From: Bilabrum cf. latius
Lineage: Eukaryota
Reading direction: 5' to 3'
NCBI GenBank assembly: GCA_965178125.1
Contig: OZ237739.1
Span: 1-64,000 of the forward strand
DNA length: 64,000 nt
In this document: positions 26,101-37,143 of the stretch, one piece after another
Layout of the letters: every line of letters begins with the position of its first letter
Position numbering within the stretch: position 1 is the stretch's first letter
Translations under genes and position numbers: made by a program
The notes under the pieces: generated by a model
The model's database searches: none
Seen by the model: the letters and a program-made list of their open reading frames with translations, nothing else
Told to the model about the DNA's origin: nothing

Positions 26101-27498
26101 CGCCGGGCGGTGATGCTACGCGCCGAATCGCTGGCTCTGGGCGAGGCGCTGGACCAGTTCGCCCGCGAGACCGAGGGGCTCTCGGAGGAGCAAGGGGACC
26201 AGCGGGCTTCCTAGGTGGCTGCCTGGGCCCAGCAGCAGCGGGAGGCGATCAGCAGCTGGGAGAGCCGCAGCCAGGACCCGCGGGGCCGAGCGCTGCCTGC
26301 GCGACCTGCCAAGGACGGGAGGCGGCACGTGGTAGCCTACGAGGAGGACATGGAGGCGGGGGCCAGGCCAGTGGCTACCAGCGCGGCCGGCGTGCAGTGG
26401 CACCCCTTGCAGGGGGGCGTGCACAGCAAGGCCGCGGGGGCTGGGGCTGCGGGTGGGGCTGCATCTGGGTCGGGCGAGGGCCAGTCAGCCGTGCCCTCGC
26501 TGCCCCCCTTCACCATGCTCGCGGGCCCTCGGGACTCGGGCAAGAGCGCGGCCCTCCTGTACGCCGTGCACCGCGCCCGGCAGAGCGGCTGGGTTGCGCT
26601 CTTTGTGCCGGACAGCTTTTCGTGGCTCAATGACGCTGTCATGGTGACTGCGTCGGAGGCGAGGCCAGGCAAGCTTGACCAGCCAGACCTGTCTGCGGAG
26701 CTGCTGGCGCACATGCTGAGCGCGCATGCGGACCAGCTGGGCCAGGTGGTGCAGCGGCGGTCCTACCGCGTGGGCGAGTACCTTCCCTCCGATGCCGACG
26801 AGGAGGTCCGTCGCAAGAAGGAGGAGCTAAGGGCGGCGGACCTGTCCGAGCGGGCCCGGCGGCAAGCCGAGGCCAGCCAGAGGGGCGAGGACGCGGCTGA
26901 CGTGACGATCGAGAGCCAGCTGGAGGCCTTCGAGGAGGGCCCCGACCACGACCGCAAGGGGGAGGGGTACACCCTGAGGGACCTCTGCGAGTGGGGAGTG
27001 AGGCACCCGGGCCGCGCCTCGGACGCGGTGGTGGATCTGGTGGAGGAGCTGCGGCTGTGCGTGGAGTTCCCGGTGCTGCTGGCCGTGGATGGGGTCAACG
27101 AGCTGTACGAGAAGTCCGTGTATCCCTTTGCAGGCAGGCACTGGTGGCCCGGGCAGGCTCTCTCTGTGCCATCCACGATCGCCCCCTTTGATGCGAAGGG
27201 CCCCCGGGGGGAGGCCCTCGCGATGCGCAGGGGCGTGGTGCTGTGCTCCAGCACGTCCACCCACCGCAAGGTGCACGAGATGTCTCACAGGACCAAGGTG
27301 CCCAGCTCTTGCGTGCTGCGGATGCCGCGCATGTCCCGGCGGGAGGTGCACAACCAGCTGCTGCACTACCACATGACGGGCAGGTTCCTGTCTCTTCGGT
27401 TCAGGCAGGACGTGGACGCAGAGGCCGTGGAGACCTTCCGCACGCTGAGCTCGGGCATCCCGGGGCAGGTCCGGGAGGCGGCGCTGCAGGTCTTGTGA
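23128..27498 (+). CDS. DAP3: Mitochondrial ribosomal protein mS29/DAP3-like with a very long N-terminal extension (~1456 aa)
   Basis: Ser/Arg-rich presequence. One frame through 11 TAGs (23221, 23227, 23389, 23461, 23752, 24220, 24328, 24622, 24862, 25414, 26212). C-terminal P-loop LAGPRDSGKS and PVLLAVDGVN; TGA stop. Confidence 0.78.
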
Positions 27499-27705
27499 GG
27501 CAGCTAGCAGGGCGGAGCAGTGCGCAAGCGTAGCTTGTGTAGCAGTAGCTGATAGCATCAGTGGTGATTGTAAAGTGTAGATACAGTGAAACAGTCGATC
27601 TACACAGCTTTTGATCTATCTGCCTCAACCGTCTATATGACAACCAATCAAGCTCTCCGCAATACATGCGCCTATCCACTCCAGACTAGTTAGCATTCAT
27701 AACAT

Positions 27706-28374
27706 TCAGTTCGTGGCCGGGGGGTCCTTCTCGAACTCCATGAGAGCAAGAATGGCGGACGCCAGTAGGGAAGCACCCAGGATTGCGTAACCGGTCTGGT
27801 TCACTTCCTTGATCTCATGCCCCTGAGCGTTGTCCCACACAAGGTGCCTGATACCGCCCATCAGATGGAAAGTGAGAGGGAAAGCGACCCCAAAGCGAGC
27901 AATTGTGCCCATCATCGGCACCTGCTGCACGGTGTCGACGAACGTCTCAACCGAGAGACCGGTGAGGGCAAACATGGTCCCGCAGCCCTGGACGGCTGCG
28001 ATGTATTAAATATTTGGCACATGGAGAGCAGGTATCGCCTCAGGGATTGCGGCACAGCACACGCTTGCGAGTGATTGGATGGCAACAACATCTACATCAG
28101 TCTTACCGACGAACAGGAATATTCCGGTGCCTCGGAAGATCGTTGACGTAATCATGTTAATACCAAACTTGTAGATGGTAAGATGGGGGGACATCGGCCG
28201 GGGGCCCTTCGCCCTGGAAACCGCACCAGCAGCAGCTGAAGACTGGTACCTGGTTCGGTTCAAGTCAGCCGCTACCAGGCTCTGTGCCGCTGGTCGCGCA
28301 TGCACGAGCTGGCTCGAGCGAAGCGATCGCATTGATGACACCAAAGCAGAGCGTGCCCTTGCAACAGACGCCAT
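27706..28374 (-). CDS. SDHC: Succinate dehydrogenase cytochrome b560 subunit
   Basis: Presequence, RPMSPHLTIYKF...RGTG, intron ~27996-28106, FHLMGGIRHLVWD; TGA stop. Confidence 0.92.
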
Positions 28375-28639
28375 AGTTTTCTTCACACGGGCAAGAAATA
28401 GTCTGACGGGTTGATGGCCTGCGGATGCGGTTGTAACCAGCATTGAGGTTGCAACCGGGACTGGAGTTCCTCCCCACGGCGGGTGGGGATGCGGAGTATC
28501 CATGATTGGACATGCTGTGCATGCGATTTGATACTGCCTCAAATTTGCTTGTTGGGCCATGCAGTAATATTCATTGCTGAAACCCTCGTCATGCGGCACC
28601 AGGCATTGAGAGACTCCACAAGCCCGGTGCCTAGAATGC

Positions 28640-29360
28640 TCAGTGTGCCTCCCCGTCTGCCACTGCCTTGTTCCTCATCCAAAACCTTCGCACAAACCCA
28701 GACAGACCCACATCAGTGATATTGAACTTGAGCAACGCCGCAGCGGACACTACAGTAAATGCTCCGAGCCCCATGAGGATGGCCTTCTGCATGGACTCGT
28801 CCTGCACGCCCATGTGCGGCATATAATCGACCAGCACAGACCTCATGCCGATGTGAGCATGAAGGGGGACGATGAATCCCATGGACAGGTCCAGCACCGT
28901 CGAGAGCGGCGACGAGGTCACAACAGCGAGCGGGATACCAAGCGCCAAGCCGTAGGCGGTCAGGTGATGCACCTCCTTCACGCTCGAGGCGTGTGGCAAC
29001 CGATCAAGAAGAACTGCGAGATTAAGAGCAGCATACAATTAATTTAAGGATGTACGAAGCTATGGTGGTGTGAGTGAGGACGTGGCCGACTTGAGCTATG
29101 CTGCTCACGGTCAGGCAAAGCAGCCGGGGATGACGTCGAAATGCCTCGCGATGCAGTTGGCACAGCCTGGATCATACCTGCAATGCAAATTGAAGGTGCA
29201 AGGTGCGGTAGGTGCCTCCATTTCGATAACTTGCACATCCTACAAGAAGTTTCCATGTACCACTTGTACGGCGCAGTCGGCGTGATACCTTACCGTAGCG
29301 GGAGCTACAAGCGGCACTCAACTGAGCAAGTCGGCGAACGGACCTTCGGGCCAGCGCCAT
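28640..29360 (-). CDS. SDHD: Succinate dehydrogenase small membrane anchor (CybS)
   Basis: Presequence MALARRSVRRLAQ, introns ~29178-29293 and ~29014-29108, LHAHIGMRSVLVDYMPH and DVGLSGFVRRFW; TGA stop. Confidence 0.88.
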
Positions 29361-29487
29361 GATGCAGATATCAAGAGAATTAGCGGTGATACGGAAGCGA
29401 TAGCTTGTGGCTGGTTTTGCGGAACCACATGCGCGGCGACAATCGGCTGTGCGCCATGCAGCATATTTGCCTTGATCTCGAGCTGCC

Positions 29488-30600
29488 ATGCTTGCCCGGG
29501 CGTTTTCTCGAGTTGCACGGAGATCTACAAGTCTTGCTTTGCGATCGGTCCAGAGCCGAACACTGTCGAGCTCTAGCCCATGTGCTCAAGAGGCCGCAAC
29601 TGTGAGACATCTGCTGTAGTGATGAGGTGGCGATGGGCTTCTCGATGCCGAAGAGGCTTTTGCTCATGCCAACGCTATTATTTCAATTTATGAATCATAT
29701 CCGCACTGGCCGCTGCTGAAGGCACTTGTTAGCATCTTGAGCCAACACGGGAAGGTGACCGCTGAAGGCGTATTCCTAGTGTTTCTGATTTACACCTCTG
29801 TTCGCGTTGCTCTTGAGCATGCATGGGCGCATGATCCTTTTTTTTTGTTTGTATACTCGCAGGCCGGATCGAACATTAAGACTTTCAAGATTTATAGATG
29901 GGATCCCGAGGCGGATGACAGCAAGCCCGTGCTGCAGTCGTATGCCGTCGACCTGAATGAGTGCGGCCCCATGGTCCTTGATGCCCTCATCAAGATTAAG
30001 AACGAGCAGGATGCCACATTGACTTTCCGCCGGTCCTGTCGTGAGGGAATTTGCGGCAGCTGCGCGATGAACATTGATGGGGTGAACGGGCTGGCCTGTC
30101 TGACGTACATCCCCAAGGGGGAGGAGGCCAAGAGCGCGGACGCGGTGAAGATCTACCCGCTGCCTCACATGCACGTGGTGAAGGACCTGGTGCCTGACAT
30201 GTCGAATTTCTACGAGCAGTACAAGAGCATCCAGCCCTGGCTGCAGCGCAAGGACGACAAGGTGGATGAAAACACCGAGCTCTTGCAGTCTCACGACGAC
30301 CGCCGCAAGCTGGATGGCATGTACGAGTGCATCCTGTGCGCGTGCTGCTCTACGTCGTGCCCCTCGTACTGGTGGAACTCGGAGAAGTACCTGGGCCCCG
30401 CCGTGCTCATGCAGGCCTATCGGTGGGTGAGCGACTCGAGGGACCACTTCACCAAGGAGCGCATGCAGGCGCTGGATGACGAGTACAAGCTGTACAGGTG
30501 CCACCAGATCATGAACTGCACCAGGGTGTGCCCCAAGGGCCTCAACCCCGCCCGCGCCATCGCCAAGCTCGTCAAGGAGATGCCGGAGGCGTACGCGTGA
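29488..30600 (+). CDS. SDHB: Succinate dehydrogenase iron-sulfur subunit
   Basis: Presequence [12 protein letters not shown], intron ~29602-29862, [33 protein letters not shown] and [20 protein letters not shown] stop. Confidence 0.97.
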
Positions 30601-30838
30601 TGTGGGGCGAGCGCGTGGGCAGCCCGACAAACGGGACACAATTTGCCAGTGCTAAAAGGCTACTACCTCAACTGTACCTACTTGCTTGTTTCTCCGTGTC
30701 CCACAGCACGTAGCATCCCACAGCTACGTGCTGTACTGCATGCATCACGCATTTTGTGCACGGATCCCACTCTCGTCACCTACCAACATCCCGTCGTGTT
30801 GTCTTCGAATTCCTGGCCAGTGCCTCAAGATTCCGAGC

Positions 30839-32492
30839 ATGACGAAGCGCCGCAGAGATGGGATGCCCTTCCGAAAGAGGCGTAGAAAGATTGAGTCAGC
30901 CGGGCCAGACCAGGAGAAGCTTGCTCAAGCCTCAGCCGGCGCTTTAGGGAACGACGCAACAGCAACTGTGGCTCGTCCAACCTTTGACCCGCTAACCGAC
31001 GAGGGGAAAAGCGCACTGGCCAGAAGATTAGCTGCTATAGGTACGTATTATTGATTTGGTCGCATGGTCTACGTTGGCTCTCCGATGATAACCCAAGGTT
31101 AGCTCTGTCGCTGCACTTGCTTTCGCAGATGAGGAGGAGCGGACTGCAGCCCTTGGAGAATTGCGCGATTGGTTCAAATCGAATGCTGCATCGATGACTA
31201 GGTTGCAGCATCTTCGCTTGTGGCGAGCCCTCTGGTATTGTCTGTGGCTGGCAGACAAGAGGCCGTACCAGCGTGTCGTAGCCGAAACCATCGCATCGTT
31301 GACCGACGGGCTGGATCCCAATGCTAGAGAGATGGACCTGGCTGCGTGCTTTGTCTACGTGGATGCAGGCCTCGAAACTATCCAACGTGATTGGGGCTCG
31401 CTGGATCGGTGGCGCATGGACAAGTTCCGCATGTTGCTTCGATTGCTGCTCTCGCAGCTGCTCAACATTGTGGCGAACCGATGCGACTTTGCTGCCCCTG
31501 CGTGCGAAGCTTACCTGGGAATCATCATGGGCAGGCTGCTTTCTCGGCCTCCCAATGATGTGCGGTTCTTTGCTTCCACCGTCCTGCCGCCTCTGATCGC
31601 CGGCCAGTGCGAAGGAGCCAGCACCGCACAGGTTCGCTTGCTCCTGATGCCCGTCTTTGCCACCATGCACGCCCCCGGAAGTGGAGGGGGCGCCCTGCAT
31701 GCCATTTTGAGAGAGAGGGTCGTGTGGACGCTCGTGGACGCTATCTCCTAGCAGGCGGCCGCACGGCGGGAGGAGCTGGAGCGGGAGCGGCAGGAAGACG
31801 ACAAGGAGGAGGAGGAGGTAGCGGCGGCCGGGGCCCGGAAGAAGAAGAAGCAAGGCAAGAAAAATAGCAAGGGCGAGAGCAAGATGACAGCAGGAGGCGT
31901 CGCAACCGCAGAGGCCCCTGGTGCCCCGGACATGGACGGCGTGGCACTGGGTAGGGTCAACACGGCCGCACTCGCTGCGGACGTGTTCGAGGTGGCTGCA
32001 CACCCGGGCACGGATGCTGAGGAGCGTTCGCTCTTGTACGCACTCGCAAAGAAGTGCAGGCTGGCAGCCGGGCGGGCGGGGCACGCCTACTCGTATACTC
32101 CTCCGGGTGCAGGCGCTGCGGTTGTGGTGGGGCGCGGGAGCGTAGTGCCTGGGGATGACGACTGCGATGCCGAGGTGGGGGGCATGCAGGTGGGGGCGGC
32201 TGCAGTGCTCGGTCTGCTCGCTGGGGCGGTAGACGAGGAAAGCGATGATTCCAGCAGCGAGGAGGAGGAGGAGGAGGATGATGATGAGGAGGAGGAGGAG
32301 GAGGAGGATGAGGATGAGGATGAGAAGGATGATCACACTTTAGGACCTTCCAGTGGAGCTGGTTCGAGCAGCATGTTGAGTGGAAAGAAGAGGAGGCGCG
32401 AGCAGGAGCACGAGGAGGGAGAGGCAGCTGCAGGCAAGCGCAAGGGCAAGGGCAAGGGCAGGAAGGGCGCCAAGGGCAGGAAGGGAAGATGA
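30839..32492 (+). CDS. RRP1: Nucleolar protein RRP1/Nop52
   Basis: LWRALWYCLWLADK and WGSLDRWRMDKF; intron ~31041-31128; in-frame TAG at 31749; acidic/basic tail; TGA stop. Confidence 0.85.
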
Positions 32493-32579
32493 TGAGAAAA
32501 AATTATGCTGGTAAAGTGACCCTAAAGCATGGCATATACGCAATTCATATACTTTCACGATTCAAGCACGGCATCATCA

Positions 32580-33308
32580 TCATGTGTGCCCGCTGGCAGC
32601 CCCAGATCCAGCCTTGGCCCCGATGGCTTCCAGGTCCACCGTGGACACCGCTGCTCGCTTTCGACGCACGTGAGAGGGAACAAAGCCCCCTGCACCTCCT
32701 ATGCGGCGAGATAATTTCGTGGTACTGCTAGTGCTACAAGCGGTCGATTTCCCGGGACCTGCCGTCTGTCCTTCACTGCTGGCTCCGTGAGCGGGGGTCT
32801 GAAGGCTGCCAGCAGAGCTCTTGGCTGGTGCTGCCATGCTTGACTGAGCGGCGGGGGCTGACTTTGCACTCGACGAACTGGATTCGGATTGTCTGTGCAC
32901 GGACCGAACAGCTAAGGCCCGACTGCCGCTGAAGACCGCGCCAAGGGGATCAGACGCCAGGTCGTCCTCGACGGCATCCCGATCCCTGAGACCTCGGGGC
33001 AACCCACGGAGCCCAATTCGACCATCTACTCGTCGGACCTTGTCACTAGATAGTCCAAAAGGAAACGGCAGTGGCACTGGTAGCGGCAGTCGAGGGGCAG
33101 CTCTTGCAAGCCTCTAGGTCGAGCCGCCTACTTGTAGGCTCGCCTCATCCATGCGTTTTCGCTTGCTGCCAAGCTATGCATCTTCACTAATAGTCGAAAC
33201 GCCAGATGGGTCTTTGCCTCCCGGCGTTACTGGAGAGGCAGTCCCCCCTGCCTCATTTTCACTGTCGCTGTCGTCGCTGCTTTCATACTACAGCACCGGT
33301 GCCTGCAT
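32580..33308 (-). CDS. Hypothetical protein (~242 aa)
   Basis: ATG 33308 to TGA 32580 is open with TAGs at 33288, 33174 and 33114. Begins with YESSDDSDSE and ends near FVPSHVRRKRAAVSTVDL. Confidence 0.65.
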
Positions 33309-33522
33309 TGAACTATTACTAGACGGCCAACTTACAACTGCTAGATTCGGGAGAATGGCACCAGTACTACTGCACGAAAAGAAATGATTGAGGCGGACCC
33401 GGAGTATTTCAAGCCGTGTCTCGAAACCGAAAATCGGGATTAGTTCTGGGATTAGTTGAGTGGGGATTCGATTCGAGACAAATTTCTGACGAATTAACTT
33501 GAACTGAGCCTAGCGGGGTTCC

Positions 33523-36500
33523 ATGCCCCGTAAAGGTAGTACCAAAGCCGTGAGCATTATCTTTGATGCTTACATTTAGTTTTAAGAGTAACTTTGGTAT
33601 AGTTCGATGATATTTTGCAGTGCCTGAACGCTTTGACTCGATACGCACAACATTAATTGTTTTTTGCACCTCAAACGTTGATTGACGAGCCAACCTACTC
33701 CCAATGCCTGGAACAATACGCATGATCGCTAATAATCCTCGCAGGGTTTTGTTCGTCCTAGATCAGCGCGTACACCTGACAGACAGACATCATCCCAAGG
33801 CGCCGGGCCAGACAGCAGTTCACACGGCTCTATCTCGAGTCGGAGTCCGAAACGGAAGGCTAGACGCACACAGGAGTCAAACAACGTGCGAATTGATGAC
33901 GCAACCTCCTCGTCCGAATAGAAAGTGCGGCCGAAACGGGCTGCATCCAAGGGAGTTGCGGGCGCCGTGCAAAAAGCGGCTGGTCGTGTTCCAAGCCATC
34001 CAACTTCAATTTCTACACCCAAGAGCAACCAACAGCTTCTTTTACCTTAGGGAGAACGTTCTGGTCGGGCGGGGTCTGAGGGAAACTCAACCAAAACCCC
34101 GCGCAGCACCCGCACCCCGGATGGTGGGGGGAGGTCGTCGAGGGGCAAGAAGAAGGGCGCCCGGCCGGCAAGCAGCGAGGACGAGGATGATGACGATGGG
34201 TTCGGCTTCGACCGTGAGAGCTTGGGCAGTGGAGGCGCGGCATCAACGAAGGTCGCTGCAAGCGGCCAGCCCCTGCGCAGCACCCGCACCCCGGATGGTG
34301 GGGGGAGGTCGTCGAGGGGCAAGAAGAAGGGCGCCCGGCCGGCAAGCAGCGAGGACGAGGATGATGACGATGGGTTCGGCTTCGACCGTGAGAGCTTGGG
34401 CAGTGGAGGCGCGGCATCAACGAAGGCCGCTGCAAGCGGCCAGCCCCTGCGCAGCACCCGCACCCCGGATGGTGGGGGGAGGTCGTCGAGGGGCAAGAAG
34501 AAGGGCGCCCGGCCGGCAAGCAGCGAGGACGAGGATGATGACGATGGGTTCGGCTTCGACCGTGAGAGCTTGGGCAGTGGAGGCGCGGCATCAACGAAGG
34601 CCGCTGCAAGCGGCCAGCCCCTGCGCAGCACCCGCACCCCGGATGGTGGGGGGAGGTCGTCGAGGGGCAAGAAGAAGGGCGCCCGGCCGGCAAGCAGCGA
34701 GGACGAGGATGATGACGATGGGTTCGGCTTCGACCGTGAGAGCTTGGGCAGTGGAGGCGCGGCATCAACGAAGGCCGCTGCAAGCGGCCAGCCCCTGCGC
34801 AGCACCCGCACCCCGGATGGTGGGGGGAGGTCGTCGAGGGGCAAGAAGAAGGGCGCCCGGCCGGCAAGCAGCGAGGACGAGGATGATGACGATGGGTTCG
34901 GCTTCGACCGTGAGAGCTTGGGCAGTGGAGGCGCGGCATCAACGAAGGCCGCTGCAAGCGGCCAGCCCCTGCGCAGCACCCGCACCCCGGATGGTGGGGG
35001 GAGGTTGTCGAGGGGCACGAAGAAGGGCGCCCGGCCGGCAAGCAGCGAGGACGAGGATGATGACGATGGGTTCGGCTTCGACCGTGAGAGCTTGGGCAGT
35101 GGAGGCGCGGCATCAACGAAGGCCGCTGCAAGCGGCCAGCCCCTGCGCAGCACCCGCACCCCGGATGGTGGGGGGAGGTCGTCGAGGGGCAAGAAGAAGG
35201 GCGCCCGGCCGGCAAGCAGCGAGGACGAGGATGATGACGACTACGGTGAGAGGGTAAGCACACCGCTGAAGTCAGCAGCTAGTGGTGCTGGAGCTAGCGA
35301 TCCTTCTTCAGATAGCGATGAGAACGTCGACGCTTCTGCTGGCTCCCTTGGCGTATTTCTACATTCTTAGCATACTAACAGTTCCCTGCAACGTGCAGAG
35401 AAAGGTGCAGCTCAGCTCTTGGAGTACATGGGTGCGGAGTTCAACTTGAACAACCTGCATGCTGTTTGGGAAGAGTTCATCAAGTCGCGCAAGGGTGAAC
35501 AGCCCGTTGCTCGTGGTGCCGGGAATAAGGCGGTCGAGAACATGTGCATCCTGGAATTGTCAGGTGGTGTGATTCGCGAGCTATTGCAGGCGAATGCTGT
35601 CATGCAGAAAGCCAAGGCGTCTTTCAAACTGGGTCCGAAGCACACCTGGAAGGCACAGGAAGCGAATGTATTCCTGCAGATTGCAGCATGGCTGCTAACG
35701 GACGAGGCCCAATTCTCTTACGGCTCCGTTGGCAAGCGGACAGGCATGCTGCAGTTCACAAGTATAGTCCCGTCTGCTGTTCAAGCGATGGTCAAGGCCG
35801 CGAGTAAGGGCGAAGGGACATCCTCCAAAGTGGCAACCTCAGCAACAACAAAGAAATCGGAGGATCGCCGAGTTTTGTGGGGCAGGTTTGGCCAATGGTT
35901 CCGGAAGGCACTGGAACAGGCGCGATCGGTAACCTCTCAGCTCAAGCAGAAGGTGTTGTCGTCGTCCGTCACTGGGAATGGGTCGCTAGTTTTCCACGTT
36001 GCAAGGGCTCTACATTCTGCCGCTTCGGACTTGCCTGGGCAGCACGAAGCTGTGGTTGGTGCATTGGGCACGCTGGTCGATTTCTTGAAGGGCGAAAAGA
36101 GCATGTCCGACAAGAAGAAGGCTCTAGCCCAGAATGTACGCAGTTCGCTGAAGCTCCAGGGAGCTGACATGCCATGGACCAAGGAGTGGATACAGTCGAT
36201 CCAAGCTTCTGTGCACAGGGCGGGTGATGGAGAGGCTGAGGTGCTCACAGGATCCATGTCAGTGCCTAAGGAGGTCATCAAGAAAAAAGGGAAAATGAAG
36301 GGCCAACGAGCGAAAAAAGCGACCAGCCATGGACCTGATCATATGGCTGCCTTGATTGAGCAGCATGCCCGCGGCAACGCCGCCATCCAGGAGGTCCTGC
36401 AACGGATCATGGGACCACCTGCAACCGACACCCAGCGTCCCCAGGATGAAGCAATGAAGGCTGCACAGAGGGATGGTACCAGTGGCCTATACCCCGGTGT

Positions 36501-36897
36501 GCTTCAGGCATTCCAGGCCCTGTGCGCTTATGCAGCGTCCGAGGAGACGGGGGAGGACCTGATGGAGCGGCTGCAAGAACCTCAGCTACAAGATGCTCTA
36601 GTGGCGCTGTCTGTTACGACGTCACAGGGACTAGTGCGCCTAATGATCACCCTGCCAAAAACGTTGACGGAGGTCAGCTACCGCGTCCTGGTGACCAGAC
36701 TGACCAGTCTCGCCGTGGAGGACTGGTCAGCTGAGGGAGTGACGCCAAAATCACAGCATGTGCTCCGGCAGGGTTTGGCGCTGCTCCTGCCGATCGTGGC
36801 AGAGTTTAAGACATGGGAAGAATTCAGCTCCAAGTGTCCAGAAATGCCAGATCCAGCAGCCATCGAAATGAGGAAGATGTTCGGGTCTGATGCATGA
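33523..36897 (+). CDS. Harbinger accessory (second) protein with internal repeats
   Basis: Putative exon 1 MPRKGSTKA, an intron ending CCTCGCAG at ~33744, then an open frame with TAG readthrough to TGA 36897. A second intron may end at 35398 (TACTAAC branch site). Its position is typical of the Harbinger DNA-binding ORF, but I could not recognise a Myb/SANT motif by eye. Confidence 0.65.
34100..35243. repeat. 174-bp tandem repeat (~6.6 copies) inside the Harbinger accessory gene
   Basis: Encodes a 58-aa unit RSTRTPDGGGRSSRGKKKGARPASSEDEDDDDGFGFDRESLGSGGAASTKAAASGQPL; copies are nearly identical. Confidence 0.95.
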
Positions 36898-37143
36898 TCC
36901 ACGCGTGACGCATTTCCACAGGTGGCCAATGCTGATGACTTTGGCCCATGAAAAATGTGAACCCAATTAAGGATAAGTCGAAGCCGCCGCTGGCCTTCGT
37001 ACCCATGTTTTGTTTATGTTGTATTTGTATGTTGTCTAGAAGTGAACGTGACTTTAAAAGCACTAGAGATCTACAGCGAACGAACGAACAAACGAATCTT
37101 GATATTCTCAGCATGAGGTCAAATCAAGTAGTAGACTTTCCGA

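Noticed and set aside
27706-30600. NUMT or bacterial sdh operon contamination
   Set aside because: The genes have GT-AG introns, presequences, host-like GC and mixed orientation.
33704-35263. Alternative-frame long ORFs over the 174-bp repeat (517, 416 and 381 aa)
   Set aside because: They are open only because the GC-rich unit is a multiple of 3; the frame of 34222 is the one continuous with the downstream coding region.
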